Origin: Acidimicrobiia bacterium
GTDB lineage: Bacteria; Actinomycetota; Acidimicrobiia; Acidimicrobiales; Aldehydirespiratoraceae
DNA length: 64,000 nt
Direction: 5' to 3'
NCBI GenBank assembly: GCA_024421085.1
Contig: JAHQYN010000003.1
Span: 4,721 to 68,720 of the forward strand
Below are positions 1-10,040 of the stretch, piece by piece. Under the pieces are notes generated by a model. It did no database searches and was not told the DNA's origin. It saw nothing but the letters and a program-made list of their open reading frames with translations. Within the stretch, counting starts at the first letter, position 1. Each line of letters begins with the position of its first letter. Both the position numbers and the translations under genes were made by a program.

Positions 1-272
1 CCGAACTCGACGGAGGCAAGGTCCTCGTCTACGAAGCTGCCTGGGCGCAGTCCGTCGGAAATGACGTCTCCCGGCTCGCGCCCATGGCCAAGCTCTTCAG
101 CGGCAGGGTCTACCGCGACATCACCGCGATGGCACAGCAGGTCTTCGGCGGTGTCGGGTTCACCCTCGAGTACGACATCCAGCTCTACTTCCGCCGAGCC
201 AAGCAACTGCAACTGAGCTGGTGGGACAGACAGACCTGCGAGGACCGCGTCGCCGACTCAATTCTGGGCTAG
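1..272 (+). CDS. acyl-CoA dehydrogenase, C-terminal fragment (5' end outside window)
   Basis: Frame is open from the window edge. ...AMAQQVFGGVGFTLEYDIQLYFRRAKQLQL... looks like the C-terminal helical domain of acyl-CoA dehydrogenases. Confidence 0.8.
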   Translation, partial: ELDGGKVLVYEAAWAQSVGNDVSRLAPMAKLFSGRVYRDITAMAQQVFGGVGFTLEYDIQLYFRRAKQLQLSWWDRQTCEDRVADSILG

Positions 273-369
273 CAGCGCGAACCGACACCTACGCTAGCGC
301 TACTTCGCAACGTCCCCCGGTAAGGTGGGGCGGCCATATCACCAAGTGGAGGAGTAATGCAACTACAAG

Positions 370-720
370 ATGTGCGAGTGCAGAGACAATCTCGAAGCAA
401 TCCGAGACCGTAGAGATCAAGGGACCCTCCTGGATTCTGATTACCCCTTGCTCGGCCTCATAGAGCTGGCGGGACTAGACCTTGAACAAACGCCGCAGCC
501 TGGGGACACCCAGTCGCTCATGGCGCGACTGGAAGGGGCAGGTAATAGCCTGACTCGACAGGTCATGGCGCATTGGTCACAGAACCGCCACCTGCGAATG
601 AAATTCGATGTCCGTGCTGCCCAACGAGATCAATCTTGCCATTCAAGGATCGGCGGTCGGCGCATCCCTACAACACTGACTAATACTTGTATCCGATCAT
701 TCGATAGTTGGCTACGATGA
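370..720 (+). CDS. hypothetical protein (116 aa)
   Basis: ORF in a lower-GC patch. Its TGA (718-720) overlaps the ATG at 717 of the next ORF (ATGA coupling). No recognisable motif. Start uncertain: the GGAGG at ~347 better serves a short ORF starting at 357. Confidence 0.3.
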   Translation: MCECRDNLEAIRDRRDQGTLLDSDYPLLGLIELAGLDLEQTPQPGDTQSLMARLEGAGNSLTRQVMAHWSQNRHLRMKFDVRAAQRDQSCHSRIGGRRIPTTLTNTCIRSFDSWLR

Positions 721-1121
721 AACCTGAAGTCGAAGACGCACTACGTCGAGCAGCTGAATTCCGCAGAAAAGTGCTCCGGCAGCTTTCGTCAGATGACAGG
801 CGCCAGTTGCTTGAAGATCTTTTTGTGGACTTTTTCGTTGAGCAATGGCGTACGCTGTTGAAATGGGCAGCGTTGACCGGCCAGTCTTCGCAGGTGGATA
901 CCGGTTACATTGCGCAACATGTGGCGTCTATCCTGCTTGCCGAACCGGGCCAGGGGTTCAAGGGTAAGGGCCTAGATCTCATGGACGGATCCGAGGTAAA
1001 GAGTGCGGCAATCATCTCAGGTGTGGATCGACCACGTTGGAATCACAACATGGGCACTCTAGCTCAAGATGCCAAATGCTCGACCAAGTCGTCTCACGAG
1101 TGCGGCGGATTTGCTCCCTAA
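708..1121 (+). CDS. PD-(D/E)xK-like putative restriction endonuclease, possibly truncated or frameshifted
   Basis: GKGLDLMDGSEVKSA resembles a D...ExK nuclease core. The likely real start is ATG 717. A protein-like alternative frame (...NVDTLRELLPTHDVDALVETLRAEISYE*) continues to ~1206. The gene converges on a DNA methylase. Confidence 0.4.
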   Translation: MATMKPEVEDALRRAAEFRRKVLRQLSSDDRRQLLEDLFVDFFVEQWRTLLKWAALTGQSSQVDTGYIAQHVASILLAEPGQGFKGKGLDLMDGSEVKSAAIISGVDRPRWNHNMGTLAQDAKCSTKSSHECGGFAP

Positions 1122-1246
1122 CGTTGATACGTTGCGGGAACTACTTCCGACCCATGACGTTGATGCACTGGTTGAGACGTTGCGAGCCGAAATAAGTTAC
1201 GAATAGTTGGGAATCATTGCGGCGGTGCTGAATACGGGAGTTCGTG

Positions 1247-3175
1247 TCACGAGTTGTACGCCACGCTGAGTCTAGACTTAGCTTCTGCTACCACTTCAAG
1301 GGAATCCCGTACTACACGCCCTGTTTTGTCTACCCAATCCTCCTGGTATGGCGGTGCGATCAAATCCAGTACCCCATTCGCATCAATTCGGCGCCTTGAA
1401 CTTGAGGTGCCGCGACCTAGTGGTGCGATCTGTGCTCGAACCAACGGATGTTGGAGCAAGGCCAAGGTTGCGTACGGGTCGATTGTCGACTCGTAGATAC
1501 CAAACTCAGCTGAACAATGCACTCGGTCGAGATCTTTAGGGATGACCGTTGCCCGGAACTTCGCTGGATTTAGGAGCGACACAATTATCTGTCCGCCGCG
1601 AGCAATGAGTCCCGGAGTCGTCGGCCGGTACCGACTCGCCTTGACCCAGTCAACGTTTCCCAACTCATCAACATGGAGCACCGATATGAACGGGATCAAC
1701 TCTTGCGTGCTTGTGCGGTGCCTCTTTTTTGAGAATAGCACCTTGGCAAATGGCTCTCCTCCCGCTTCCTTGAGTTGCTGTTCGGCTATCAGGGCCTCGG
1801 GGTCGAGGGTGGCAGCATCGATTCTCTTGAGTGTGGCACCATCAACTGAGACGACCTTCCCCTTGTTTTCCGACCCACCTTCGAGAAACTGACCTATGTT
1901 ATCGGCAATATTCGGGAGATCGTTCCCTTTTGGATCAACTGCTATGGCTCCCTTTTTCATGATGTATCCCACGTGATCGGCACGAGCAAGGAAGACTTGG
2001 TTCGACTGTCGCGCCCCCTTACGGAGGAACAGGACGCTGGTCTTGGCCGTGGTGCCCGCGGGAGCAAACGTCGCCGACGGCAGGCTGATTACTCCCTCGA
2101 CACTTGCCTCCACGAACAGGCCGTCTGCCTCGAGTAGCACTTCCCTCATGTGAGGGCCATCCGCAACTCCATCGGGGAGGATGATGCCAGCGACGCCGTT
2201 TGGAGCGAGGAGGTCGACACAACGGGCGACAAATGCGAGGGACGGGTCGATACGTTGCTTGGAATGCAGACCACGAAAGAAATTAGTTGTTCTAGTAATG
2301 CCAGATGGTGAGTCGTACTTTCCTTCTCCGAATGGTGGATTCGTGAGAATCAAGCGCATCTTCCCGCGTAGGCTGTCAATTGGAGCCTCCGTAATGGAAT
2401 CTTCGACTGCGAACACTTCAGGGGAGCTCATTCCGTAAGCGAGCAGGTTGACTCTGGCCATCGCGACTGACGCAGCTGATTGGTCTGCGCCCACGATCGC
2501 TTGCCGAAGTTGCGCTCGGTGAATATCTGGATTACGGGAGACAGCTTCCTCAATGAGACCAATCAAGAAACGTCCGCTACCGCAACACGGATCGCCCATG
2601 ACTGGCCAAGGCATCTCAGCATCCAGCGGGTCGATCAGGTCGAAACCAACCTGGACCATTGCTTTCACAACAGAGTCCGGCGTGAGGTACGTCCCGAGAC
2701 CTCCAGCGTGCTCGTATCGACCACGAAGGAAGACGTCAAAAGCGGTTCCCAATATGTCGTGGGGGGGTTCAGCACCAATTCCTGTGTGAGGTAGTATGGC
2801 TAGGGCTTCGGCCAAAACGTCACAACGACTGATGCGCAAGGGCTCGTCTCTTGGCCAAATGGACTGGGTTCCGCCCCCGGGTACCTGACCGCTCAGTTCA
2901 GGCAACGCGTTGACTACCGCGAAGGCGTCTTTCAACGGTTGGGGGTCCGCCATGACCCTGACCGCATCTGGGTCGAGAAGGTCGGCTAGACACTTGCCAC
3001 CCACGCTCGTATGAGGGTCGCGATGCGCTGCGATGTTGAGGAGAAGAAGCTTCGACAACTCCTCTACGGCCGCATTTGAGGGGCGGATGCCTCCCCGTGT
3101 GTAGAGCAAATGGTGCAGGTTGTTGAGCCGGTCGGCTAGTTGAATTTGGTCAGGGACGGTTTCCGTGGCTTCCAT
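1247..3175 (-). CDS. N6-adenine DNA methyltransferase (HsdM-like) with C-terminal HsdS-like target recognition domain
   Basis: Motif IV LTNPPFG, an AdoMet-binding region (DPCCGSGRFL), and a C-terminal ~200 aa with TRD-like features (...SAEFGIY..., ...LDLIAPPY...). Confidence 0.85.
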   Translation of the reverse strand: MEATETVPDQIQLADRLNNLHHLLYTRGGIRPSNAAVEELSKLLLLNIAAHRDPHTSVGGKCLADLLDPDAVRVMADPQPLKDAFAVVNALPELSGQVPGGGTQSIWPRDEPLRISRCDVLAEALAILPHTGIGAEPPHDILGTAFDVFLRGRYEHAGGLGTYLTPDSVVKAMVQVGFDLIDPLDAEMPWPVMGDPCCGSGRFLIGLIEEAVSRNPDIHRAQLRQAIVGADQSAASVAMARVNLLAYGMSSPEVFAVEDSITEAPIDSLRGKMRLILTNPPFGEGKYDSPSGITRTTNFFRGLHSKQRIDPSLAFVARCVDLLAPNGVAGIILPDGVADGPHMREVLLEADGLFVEASVEGVISLPSATFAPAGTTAKTSVLFLRKGARQSNQVFLARADHVGYIMKKGAIAVDPKGNDLPNIADNIGQFLEGGSENKGKVVSVDGATLKRIDAATLDPEALIAEQQLKEAGGEPFAKVLFSKKRHRTSTQELIPFISVLHVDELGNVDWVKASRYRPTTPGLIARGGQIIVSLLNPAKFRATVIPKDLDRVHCSAEFGIYESTIDPYATLALLQHPLVRAQIAPLGRGTSSSRRRIDANGVLDLIAPPYQEDWVDKTGRVVRDSLEVVAEAKSRLSVAYNS

Positions 3176-3540
3176 AATCCTGCTCCTAGCGTGTTCTCTC
3201 CGAGGCTCGTACGGAACGAGCGATCTGTTTCTCGCATCATGACAGGCGGGTGTGACAGCATGGTGGATCGTGGTCCTGCAGGATGAAATACCTAGTCAGA
3301 GCGAAAAAACAGTGGACCGACACGATCCGGTGGTGACCATACACCAAACGTGCCGCGCGAGTGGCACAGCGATTCGTAACTGGGGTGGTGCGGTTCGAAG
3401 CACTGTCAGGCGATGAAGCAGAGGTGCGGTACCACAGTGCCGGTGAGGTTCCAGAGGGCGCGAAGACCCGAGTCGAAGTCAACAAGCACGAGTCGAAGTC
3501 TACAAGCGCGAGCGTGACAGCGGCGCACGGCACGCTTCGT

Positions 3541-6500
3541 TCAAGACATCGTTGCCGCGTCCTCGACTATGACGGTGGCGGAGGTTGAGCGGCCGAACAC
3601 TTCTGGGGCGTAGATCTCCTCGGCTCGGGCGGGGGGCGCCACGAAGGTTCCTGGAGTGGTCGCCCGGGCGACGTAGCTGTATTCGTGGGTACCGGCCCAC
3701 AGGTGTGCCGAGAAAGCCTCGGCCCGGTCGTCGCGCAGGTTCTGATGGTCATACCAGGTCCGACGCCACCAATAGTCGGCTGCGTCGGCACGGGGCGGCT
3801 CGATTTCGCCGGTCACGGTCAAGGCCGGGTTCAACGCCTCGAACCCTGCGGGCAGCGGGTCAACCAGGACCATGTTGGTGCGGCGGCTGTCGTTGACCAT
3901 CGTCAGAGTGACTCGCACCTCGGCGCCGGCCACGACATGGACGGCGCCGTCGGAGTCGACCCATACGTCGTCGGGATCGTCGACGGCCTCATAGCTGCGC
4001 TGCACCACGAAGCCGCGGTCGAGCGGGCCCAGATCGAGGTCTGCGGGTGCGTAGCGAAGCCCGAGGCGGTAGTAGAGGCGGCCGTCGCCGTCATTCTGGA
4101 CGGTCAGGTCGGCGTCACCCGCCTCGATCAGGTTCCCCATCGGGACCAGTGTCGAGGCGAAGTCGGTGCTCCGACCGGAGAATTCGTGCTCTGCCACGTA
4201 CTGGTCGCCGAGCCAGACACGGGCCACGAAGTCAGGCGCCACCGCTTCGAAGGTCTCGAAATACCTGTCGAGGGCTGCCAGGATGAAGGAGTTCTCCTGA
4301 ACGTTGTTCCAACGGCCCTTCACCTGGTTCGCCAGCAGCCCGGCCACGACCTTGGGTATCAGGTCTGAATCGGGGGCCATGGTGATCAGGGCGTCGAGCA
4401 CGATGCCGTCGGTCCGGCGGTCCGAAGCCAGGATCAGGTAAGCGTCCTCGCCATAATCGGTGGTGAATGTTGCCGCTTGCGCGGTCTCGGTGACTCGATT
4501 GTTGAACACCCGCTCGATCTCGGCTTCAGTCTCTTCATCGCCGACAACCGGCCAGATCCACGCCAACGCGTCCAACTCGAGGTCCGCCCCCGTGCGGTCC
4601 CAGAGTGCGCGGGCCTTGTGCGTGTCTTGGTCACCGTCGAGAGCGCGGACATGCAGTGCGTAGGCCGACAGCATGTCTTTCGACTTCCTGCTGTAGTCGG
4701 ACGGGATCCGGCTCTCAATGTCGCGCAGGTAGCCGCGCCCCTTGCTCATCAGTTCTGCACCGACGGTGAACCCCGCGTTCTGAGCGGTGATTAGCGCATG
4801 CATTGCCTGGATCGATGGGTACGGGTAAGAGATCCCCTTGCGCGCCCACCAACCGAAACCGCCGTCACCATGTTGCAGCGCAGCCAACTCGGCTATGTCG
4901 CTGCGGATGGTGGCGTCGAGCTCAGCGGCGCTCGGCAGACCCTCGGCGTCGAAGGCTTCGAGCACGTCCCGCAACGCGGAGATTGCGAGGATGCGGCTGG
5001 CGTAGGCGTCCGCGGAGGAGTAGCGGTACTCAGCGAGGTACAGGACCGCGTCGGTCAGGGTCTGCAGCGCCGTCGAGGAGGTGTTGACCTCCAATCCTCC
5101 GAACTGGCTGAACACATCTTGGGGCGCGGCGAGCGAATAGCCCACGACACCGGAGTCGAGAATCCCGTAGGTTGCGAACGCCTCGCTGGTGGCGGGCGTG
5201 TAAACGGGCAACGAGACCTCCTGCGCGTCGGCGTTGTCAGCCGAGACGGCCGCGACCCGGAAGTGGGCGGTGCCAACAGAACTCGTCGTTGCGCCGAAGC
5301 GAACCTCGACGCGGTCGTTGGCCGGCACGGTGATCCGTTTCCCGGCGGTCCCCCCGAGGTCCGGGTCGCCTTCAATGTCGGAGTTGGAAGCAAGATTCAG
5401 ATTGGACGCCTGCACGACCACGTCGACCTCAGTCGCCGAATCGGTCTGGTTCTGCACCACGATCGGCAGTTCGAACCGGTCGCCGAAGTTCAGGAACCTG
5501 GGCGCGGACGGCCGAACCTGCAACGGCAGGCGGGCGGTGATCGAAGACTCCGTCGAACCGAAGCGCTCCGCGCCGTCGACCGCTACAGCCATCACCCGGT
5601 AGCGGGTCAGGTTGTCGGGCATCTCGAACTCGACGGTGGCCAAGCCCTCGGCGTCGGTCGCAACTTCAGGGTCGAACAGGGCCAGAGCATCAAGGTTGGA
5701 GCGCACCTCGATCTGAAGGCCTTGCGCGCTGAGATTGGTGCGCCGGGCAGAATCCGCAACGCCAGAGTCGTCGGCCATCGACTCCGCGGCCATATCGTCG
5801 CCTTCGTCGAATGAATCCGCGGTCCAAGCCGTGGCGGTGGTGGTGACGGGGATCTCACCGTCGCCACCGAGCGCAGCAAGCAACTCCTGCGGATTCTCCA
5901 ACAGAATGCTGCCCCGTGCTCGTTGCGCGCTCAGGTAGACGCCCAGCGACCGGTAGAAGACCTCGAGCGGGTCCAAGAGCTCGTAACCCGAAAGGGCCAG
6001 CACCGCCTCGTCAACCACGACCAGCAGCACGTCGGCGTTGTCGACCGGCTCGCCGTCGGCATCGTTCACCTGCACGGTAACGCTGGTGGCAGCCCCCGGT
6101 TTCACGCTGGGCGCCTCCGGGGTGACCGTGACGTCGAGCGCGCGCCGCGCGGGAGGCACACGGAGCCGGATCTCCCCGGCGGCATAGGCCGGTCGAGAAG
6201 CGATGCCGTCCACAACAGTGCCGTCGTCGGCGGTCCGTTCTGTCGTCGCGACGATCTCGACCCGTACCGTCAGTGCCGGGACATGATCGTCGGTGATCGG
6301 CACCTCGAGCACAGCCGCGTGGTCGGTGATCTCGAAGGTGCTCAGTTCGATGATCTCGTTGTGGGCGATCACCAGCAGGCCGGTTCCGGTACTGAAGGGC
6401 GAATCGACCAGGATCTCAGCGGTGTCGCCTGCCGCGTAGGTCTCAGCGTCCGGGACGAGGTCGGCGTTCTCCAAGGTGACGTTGCGGCTCGGCACGCCGC

Positions 6501-9500
6501 TGCGGCTTCCCGTGACCCAGCGGGTCAATTCGCTGCGGTTGGTTCGCCCGGCGTCGTCGACGACCCTGGCGTCGATGCGGTAGCGACCGCCGACCGCAGC
6601 CTCGAACTCGCATGTGACCGGCGCATCCGCCGAGACCACGTCACAGGTTTCGGCGTCGACGGCCACCTCGGTCCATTCACCGTCGACGTACTCCTCAACG
6701 AGCCGAGACGCGGTCATCTCGAGGGACCGGTCGGCGACCGGGTCGCCGTCGAGATCGGTGACGACCGCTTCGATTTCAAGACCGTCGCCCTCCCGCACGA
6801 ACGTTCGGGTCGACCGAACACCGACATAGAGGTCCGCGGCATGCACCAGCACATCGGTCAACGATGCCCACCGCTGCAGGTTCACATCGACGACTTCGGC
6901 CTCTGCGGTGACCGTGGTCGGGAGGTGGTCGCCGTCGCCCTCGAAGTCCATGCGCAGATAATGGCTGCCCGCGGCGTCGGTCAAGCCGGAGAAGGTCTCA
7001 CGAACAGGTTCTGTCCAGGCATCGCCGAAGCCGTAGTCGAAGCCGTAGTCGATTGCCCAGTAGGTGTCAACGCCGCCGCCGAAGGCATCGTGGTGCCACC
7101 ACGGGGTCCACACACCGAACGTGAACTCGCTCCAGTTGGGCGGCGAGTAGGTCGCTGAGCGCGTGGTCACCGACCACGACACCTCGGCGTTCGGCAGAGG
7201 CCCGCCCGAGAAGTAGTTGGCGTCGACCGCCACGGTCGCGGGTTCGCCGACAAAGTACGGGCCGGCCGATTCGAGCCGAGTGGCCACTTCAAACTCGGGC
7301 CGACGGAACTCCTGGATCTGGAACGAGTGGTAGTGCCAGCTGTTGTCGAGGTTCTGCGGACCCTGGAACTCGATAAACCCTTCGCCCAGGTTCGCCCCCT
7401 CGGGCAACTCGACGGTGAGGTCGAACCCGCCGTGCTCGTCGAGGCGGACGCTGCCGTCGCCGAGCTCGTTGCCGAAAGGGTCGCTGGCCCGATAGCTGAC
7501 CAGTTGTCGAGGGGGAAGCAATTTCAGCCCCCCATCGCCGCTCAGCTCGAGGTTGCGGACCCAACCCTTCAGACGGAGCGTCTCGCCGGGGCGATACGTG
7601 CCGCGGTCATCGGCGGTGTACCAGATCAACTGGTCGGTTAGGGACCAGGCCTGACCGTTCGCCCGGTTTATCGCCTGGTCGTCGCCGAGCGTTGCGACGA
7701 TCCAGTTGAACTCGCTGCCGATCGAGGACCGTGCCAGTCCCTCGTCATCGGTGGTGAGGGTCGTGGTCTTGCCCTGCAGGTTGATTTCGACGTTTGCCAG
7801 GGGCTCGCCGGAGCTTAGGCCGGTCGTCCACACCACCACGTCTTGATGGTCGGTGATCATGTCGACGCCGATGTCGGTGTCCTGCACCCAGACGACAACC
7901 GGGCGGTTGGACCAGTATTCGTCGTCTTGGTGGGTCAGGTTCGCGAAGCGCCCGACCCCCTCGATGATCGCGATCGCATGGCCTCGGTCGCCGTCGAGGG
8001 CCTCGTCGAGATCGATGCGCACCTCTGTGACTGTGTCGGAAACAGCGCCGGTATCGACCACCTCGTCGGAGACGAGCGTCCAGGGCGCATCGGGCAGTGC
8101 TCCGCTGCGGGATCGTTCCATGCGTTCGAAGAAATCGACGAACGACTCGAAGTCGCTCGGGCTCACGTCGTAGAGCCGGACCCGCAGTCGGTCATGGTTC
8201 AGCACCGTCACCGGGACCGTCTGGCGTTCAACAAGCGGGTCGAGCGTCACGAGCCGCAGGCCTGGGGCGCTGATGAACGGACTGGTGTCGTCGGTATGGA
8301 ACTCGACGGTCACAGCCTCACCCAGCACCTGACCGAACTCGTCGGCGAGCGTCGCCGGGATCACCACTTCATAGACGGCGTCTCCCTGCGTCGGGCCGAC
8401 GATGTTGACCGAGTTGTATTCCACCCAGGCTCGGGCGCCCGCAAGCTCGGGGGTTATCTCCAGGTCGTCGAGATCGAGTGTTGCGGGGTCGAGAACATTG
8501 TTGAAGTAGATGCCGAGCCGACTCCCGGGCTGGCACGGATACCGCCGCGAACAGCTCGTCTCGTCGACGGCCAGGGCTGAATAGGTGCGGGCCTGCACTA
8601 CCTCCGCGGCGGCGGACGTCTTAGTTCCCTCGGCCGAAGGCACATGCGGCCCGACCTCGATGGTGATGTCGGTATCGGGTTCAAGCGCGGACACCGGCCT
8701 GAATGCGACCCAGGTGCCGTCGACGGTCACAGCGACGCGTCGCTTGATCTCCTCGTCGTCCTCGATCTCAGCTTCGGTGGCGAGCCTCAGGTCGTGTTCG
8801 GCGCCACCGGCGCTCAAGGTGATGGTCTCCAGCACCGAGTCAGCGTCGACTCGCTGATCGAAGGTGGCCAGAAAGACAGGCTGAAGCTTGAGCGAATCGT
8901 GCTGCGGGGTGAACGACAACATGTCGGGCGCTGGCGTCGCGAACTCGAAGCGGACGGTCTCGGCCAGTTCGCCGCCGGATTGCGAGGTCGTTGCGGCCGG
9001 AACCTCGACCACATAGGAGGTGGCCATCGGCAGGCGGTCGAAGACCTGCGGATCGTGCTCGAAACGGAGCGTGCGGGTGCCGATCCACTGCCACCGCCCC
9101 GGCGGCTGCGGAGTCATCGTCACCGGAACGTCGGTCGTGTCGATCTGGGCCAGCGTGGTCAGCGGCACCATCGGCTGATTGAAGGTGATGCTCATGAACG
9201 GAGCCAGCCCCACTTCACCGTCGGGCTGCACCCGCAGCACTTCCAGGGGCCCCGCCTCGACTGCGGGGGCGTCGACGTCGGAATCGGTGGGGAACGGATT
9301 GCCGACCGTGTCGCCGACGCGGGGCCTGCGAAGCGACTCCGCCGGCAAGTTGAAGGCATCTGCGTTGCGATCAGCGCCGGCGTCCCACTCCGGCAGTCGG
9401 TCAGTCACCGCGGTGATCTCCGCCTCCGTGAGCGTGCGGCCGACCACCCGGTCGACCAAGGCAAAGGTTTCAGCAGCGGTGGCCGAACCCTCGCTCAAGC

Positions 9501-9714
9501 TGACGGTCAGCGCACTCGGTCGGTCAGCGGCGTCTGAGCCCACGGCGGCCAGCCCGGAATTGTTGGCGACGATCGGCTCCGTCGTGCTGTCTTGATCGAG
9601 ATCGGCCGCCTCCGTCGGTTCACGGTTTCTTGAGAGTGCCGCGGCGCACAGCGCCGCGGTCAACAGCAACAGCACGATCCCGAGGAACAGCCAGCGCCGA
9701 CGTTTCGTCATCAT
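3541..9714 (-). CDS. alpha-2-macroglobulin family protein (2057 aa), N-terminally anchored, thioester motif absent
   Basis: Signal/anchor MMTKRRRWLFLGIVLLLLTAALCAA followed by long MG/Ig-like repeats. The thioester-domain region reads LYLAEYRYSSADAYASRILA where CxEQ is expected (5005-5028). Confidence 0.8.
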   Translation of the reverse strand: MMTKRRRWLFLGIVLLLLTAALCAAALSRNREPTEAADLDQDSTTEPIVANNSGLAAVGSDAADRPSALTVSLSEGSATAAETFALVDRVVGRTLTEAEITAVTDRLPEWDAGADRNADAFNLPAESLRRPRVGDTVGNPFPTDSDVDAPAVEAGPLEVLRVQPDGEVGLAPFMSITFNQPMVPLTTLAQIDTTDVPVTMTPQPPGRWQWIGTRTLRFEHDPQVFDRLPMATSYVVEVPAATTSQSGGELAETVRFEFATPAPDMLSFTPQHDSLKLQPVFLATFDQRVDADSVLETITLSAGGAEHDLRLATEAEIEDDEEIKRRVAVTVDGTWVAFRPVSALEPDTDITIEVGPHVPSAEGTKTSAAAEVVQARTYSALAVDETSCSRRYPCQPGSRLGIYFNNVLDPATLDLDDLEITPELAGARAWVEYNSVNIVGPTQGDAVYEVVIPATLADEFGQVLGEAVTVEFHTDDTSPFISAPGLRLVTLDPLVERQTVPVTVLNHDRLRVRLYDVSPSDFESFVDFFERMERSRSGALPDAPWTLVSDEVVDTGAVSDTVTEVRIDLDEALDGDRGHAIAIIEGVGRFANLTHQDDEYWSNRPVVVWVQDTDIGVDMITDHQDVVVWTTGLSSGEPLANVEINLQGKTTTLTTDDEGLARSSIGSEFNWIVATLGDDQAINRANGQAWSLTDQLIWYTADDRGTYRPGETLRLKGWVRNLELSGDGGLKLLPPRQLVSYRASDPFGNELGDGSVRLDEHGGFDLTVELPEGANLGEGFIEFQGPQNLDNSWHYHSFQIQEFRRPEFEVATRLESAGPYFVGEPATVAVDANYFSGGPLPNAEVSWSVTTRSATYSPPNWSEFTFGVWTPWWHHDAFGGGVDTYWAIDYGFDYGFGDAWTEPVRETFSGLTDAAGSHYLRMDFEGDGDHLPTTVTAEAEVVDVNLQRWASLTDVLVHAADLYVGVRSTRTFVREGDGLEIEAVVTDLDGDPVADRSLEMTASRLVEEYVDGEWTEVAVDAETCDVVSADAPVTCEFEAAVGGRYRIDARVVDDAGRTNRSELTRWVTGSRSGVPSRNVTLENADLVPDAETYAAGDTAEILVDSPFSTGTGLLVIAHNEIIELSTFEITDHAAVLEVPITDDHVPALTVRVEIVATTERTADDGTVVDGIASRPAYAAGEIRLRVPPARRALDVTVTPEAPSVKPGAATSVTVQVNDADGEPVDNADVLLVVVDEAVLALSGYELLDPLEVFYRSLGVYLSAQRARGSILLENPQELLAALGGDGEIPVTTTATAWTADSFDEGDDMAAESMADDSGVADSARRTNLSAQGLQIEVRSNLDALALFDPEVATDAEGLATVEFEMPDNLTRYRVMAVAVDGAERFGSTESSITARLPLQVRPSAPRFLNFGDRFELPIVVQNQTDSATEVDVVVQASNLNLASNSDIEGDPDLGGTAGKRITVPANDRVEVRFGATTSSVGTAHFRVAAVSADNADAQEVSLPVYTPATSEAFATYGILDSGVVGYSLAAPQDVFSQFGGLEVNTSSTALQTLTDAVLYLAEYRYSSADAYASRILAISALRDVLEAFDAEGLPSAAELDATIRSDIAELAALQHGDGGFGWWARKGISYPYPSIQAMHALITAQNAGFTVGAELMSKGRGYLRDIESRIPSDYSRKSKDMLSAYALHVRALDGDQDTHKARALWDRTGADLELDALAWIWPVVGDEETEAEIERVFNNRVTETAQAATFTTDYGEDAYLILASDRRTDGIVLDALITMAPDSDLIPKVVAGLLANQVKGRWNNVQENSFILAALDRYFETFEAVAPDFVARVWLGDQYVAEHEFSGRSTDFASTLVPMGNLIEAGDADLTVQNDGDGRLYYRLGLRYAPADLDLGPLDRGFVVQRSYEAVDDPDDVWVDSDGAVHVVAGAEVRVTLTMVNDSRRTNMVLVDPLPAGFEALNPALTVTGEIEPPRADAADYWWRRTWYDHQNLRDDRAEAFSAHLWAGTHEYSYVARATTPGTFVAPPARAEEIYAPEVFGRSTSATVIVEDAATMS

Positions 9715-9891
9715 GGAAATGCCTCTCTAGGTGACTCCACCATAGGACGACCGTGTGACACCGTCCGGTTCCCGAGGAGCACCGATTCCCTGGATCCTTC
9801 GAGTTCCGGCGCGTCCGCGGTGGCCCAGCGGCCGGACGCGGCACGCGGCGCTCGGCGAGTCTGCTTCGGGCGCTGCGGAGACGCTGCCGGT

Positions 9892-10000
9892 CCGGTGCCG
9901 CAGGGTTCGGCGCACCGGTCTTGGCTGCCCTTCCAACCACCTACATCCGCACCAATGTCGGGGGCCGGTGCCGCAGGGTTCGGCGCACCGGTCTTGGCTG
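9892..10000. repeat. two identical 36-bp direct repeats (9892-9927, 9965-10000) upstream of kgd, each with a CCGGTGC-N13-GCACCGG palindrome
   Basis: Read directly: ccggtgccgcagggttcggcgcaccggtcttggctg occurs twice, 73 bp apart. Confidence 0.85.
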
Positions 10001-10028
10001 AGGAGACATGCGGCTTGCGGCGTGTGCC

Positions 10029-10034
10029 TACAAT
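10029..10034 (+). promoter_or_regulatory. candidate -10 box TACAAT for a leaderless kgd transcript
   Basis: TACAAT ends 6 nt before the in-frame GTG at 10041. This is a typical actinobacterial leaderless arrangement. No clear -35. Confidence 0.4.
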
Positions 10035-10040
10035 GGCGGC

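Noticed and set aside
3375-3400. GGTTCGAA T-loop-like string that might mark a tRNA or tRNA fragment next to the R-M islet.
   Set aside because: Flanking bases do not form a T-stem (4 of 5 at best), and no acceptor or anticodon arms could be folded.
3467-3512. Two tandem ~22-bp units (gagtcgaagtcNacaagcNcgag) just downstream of the alpha-2-macroglobulin gene.
   Set aside because: Only two imperfect copies with no associated structure. Noted but not informative.
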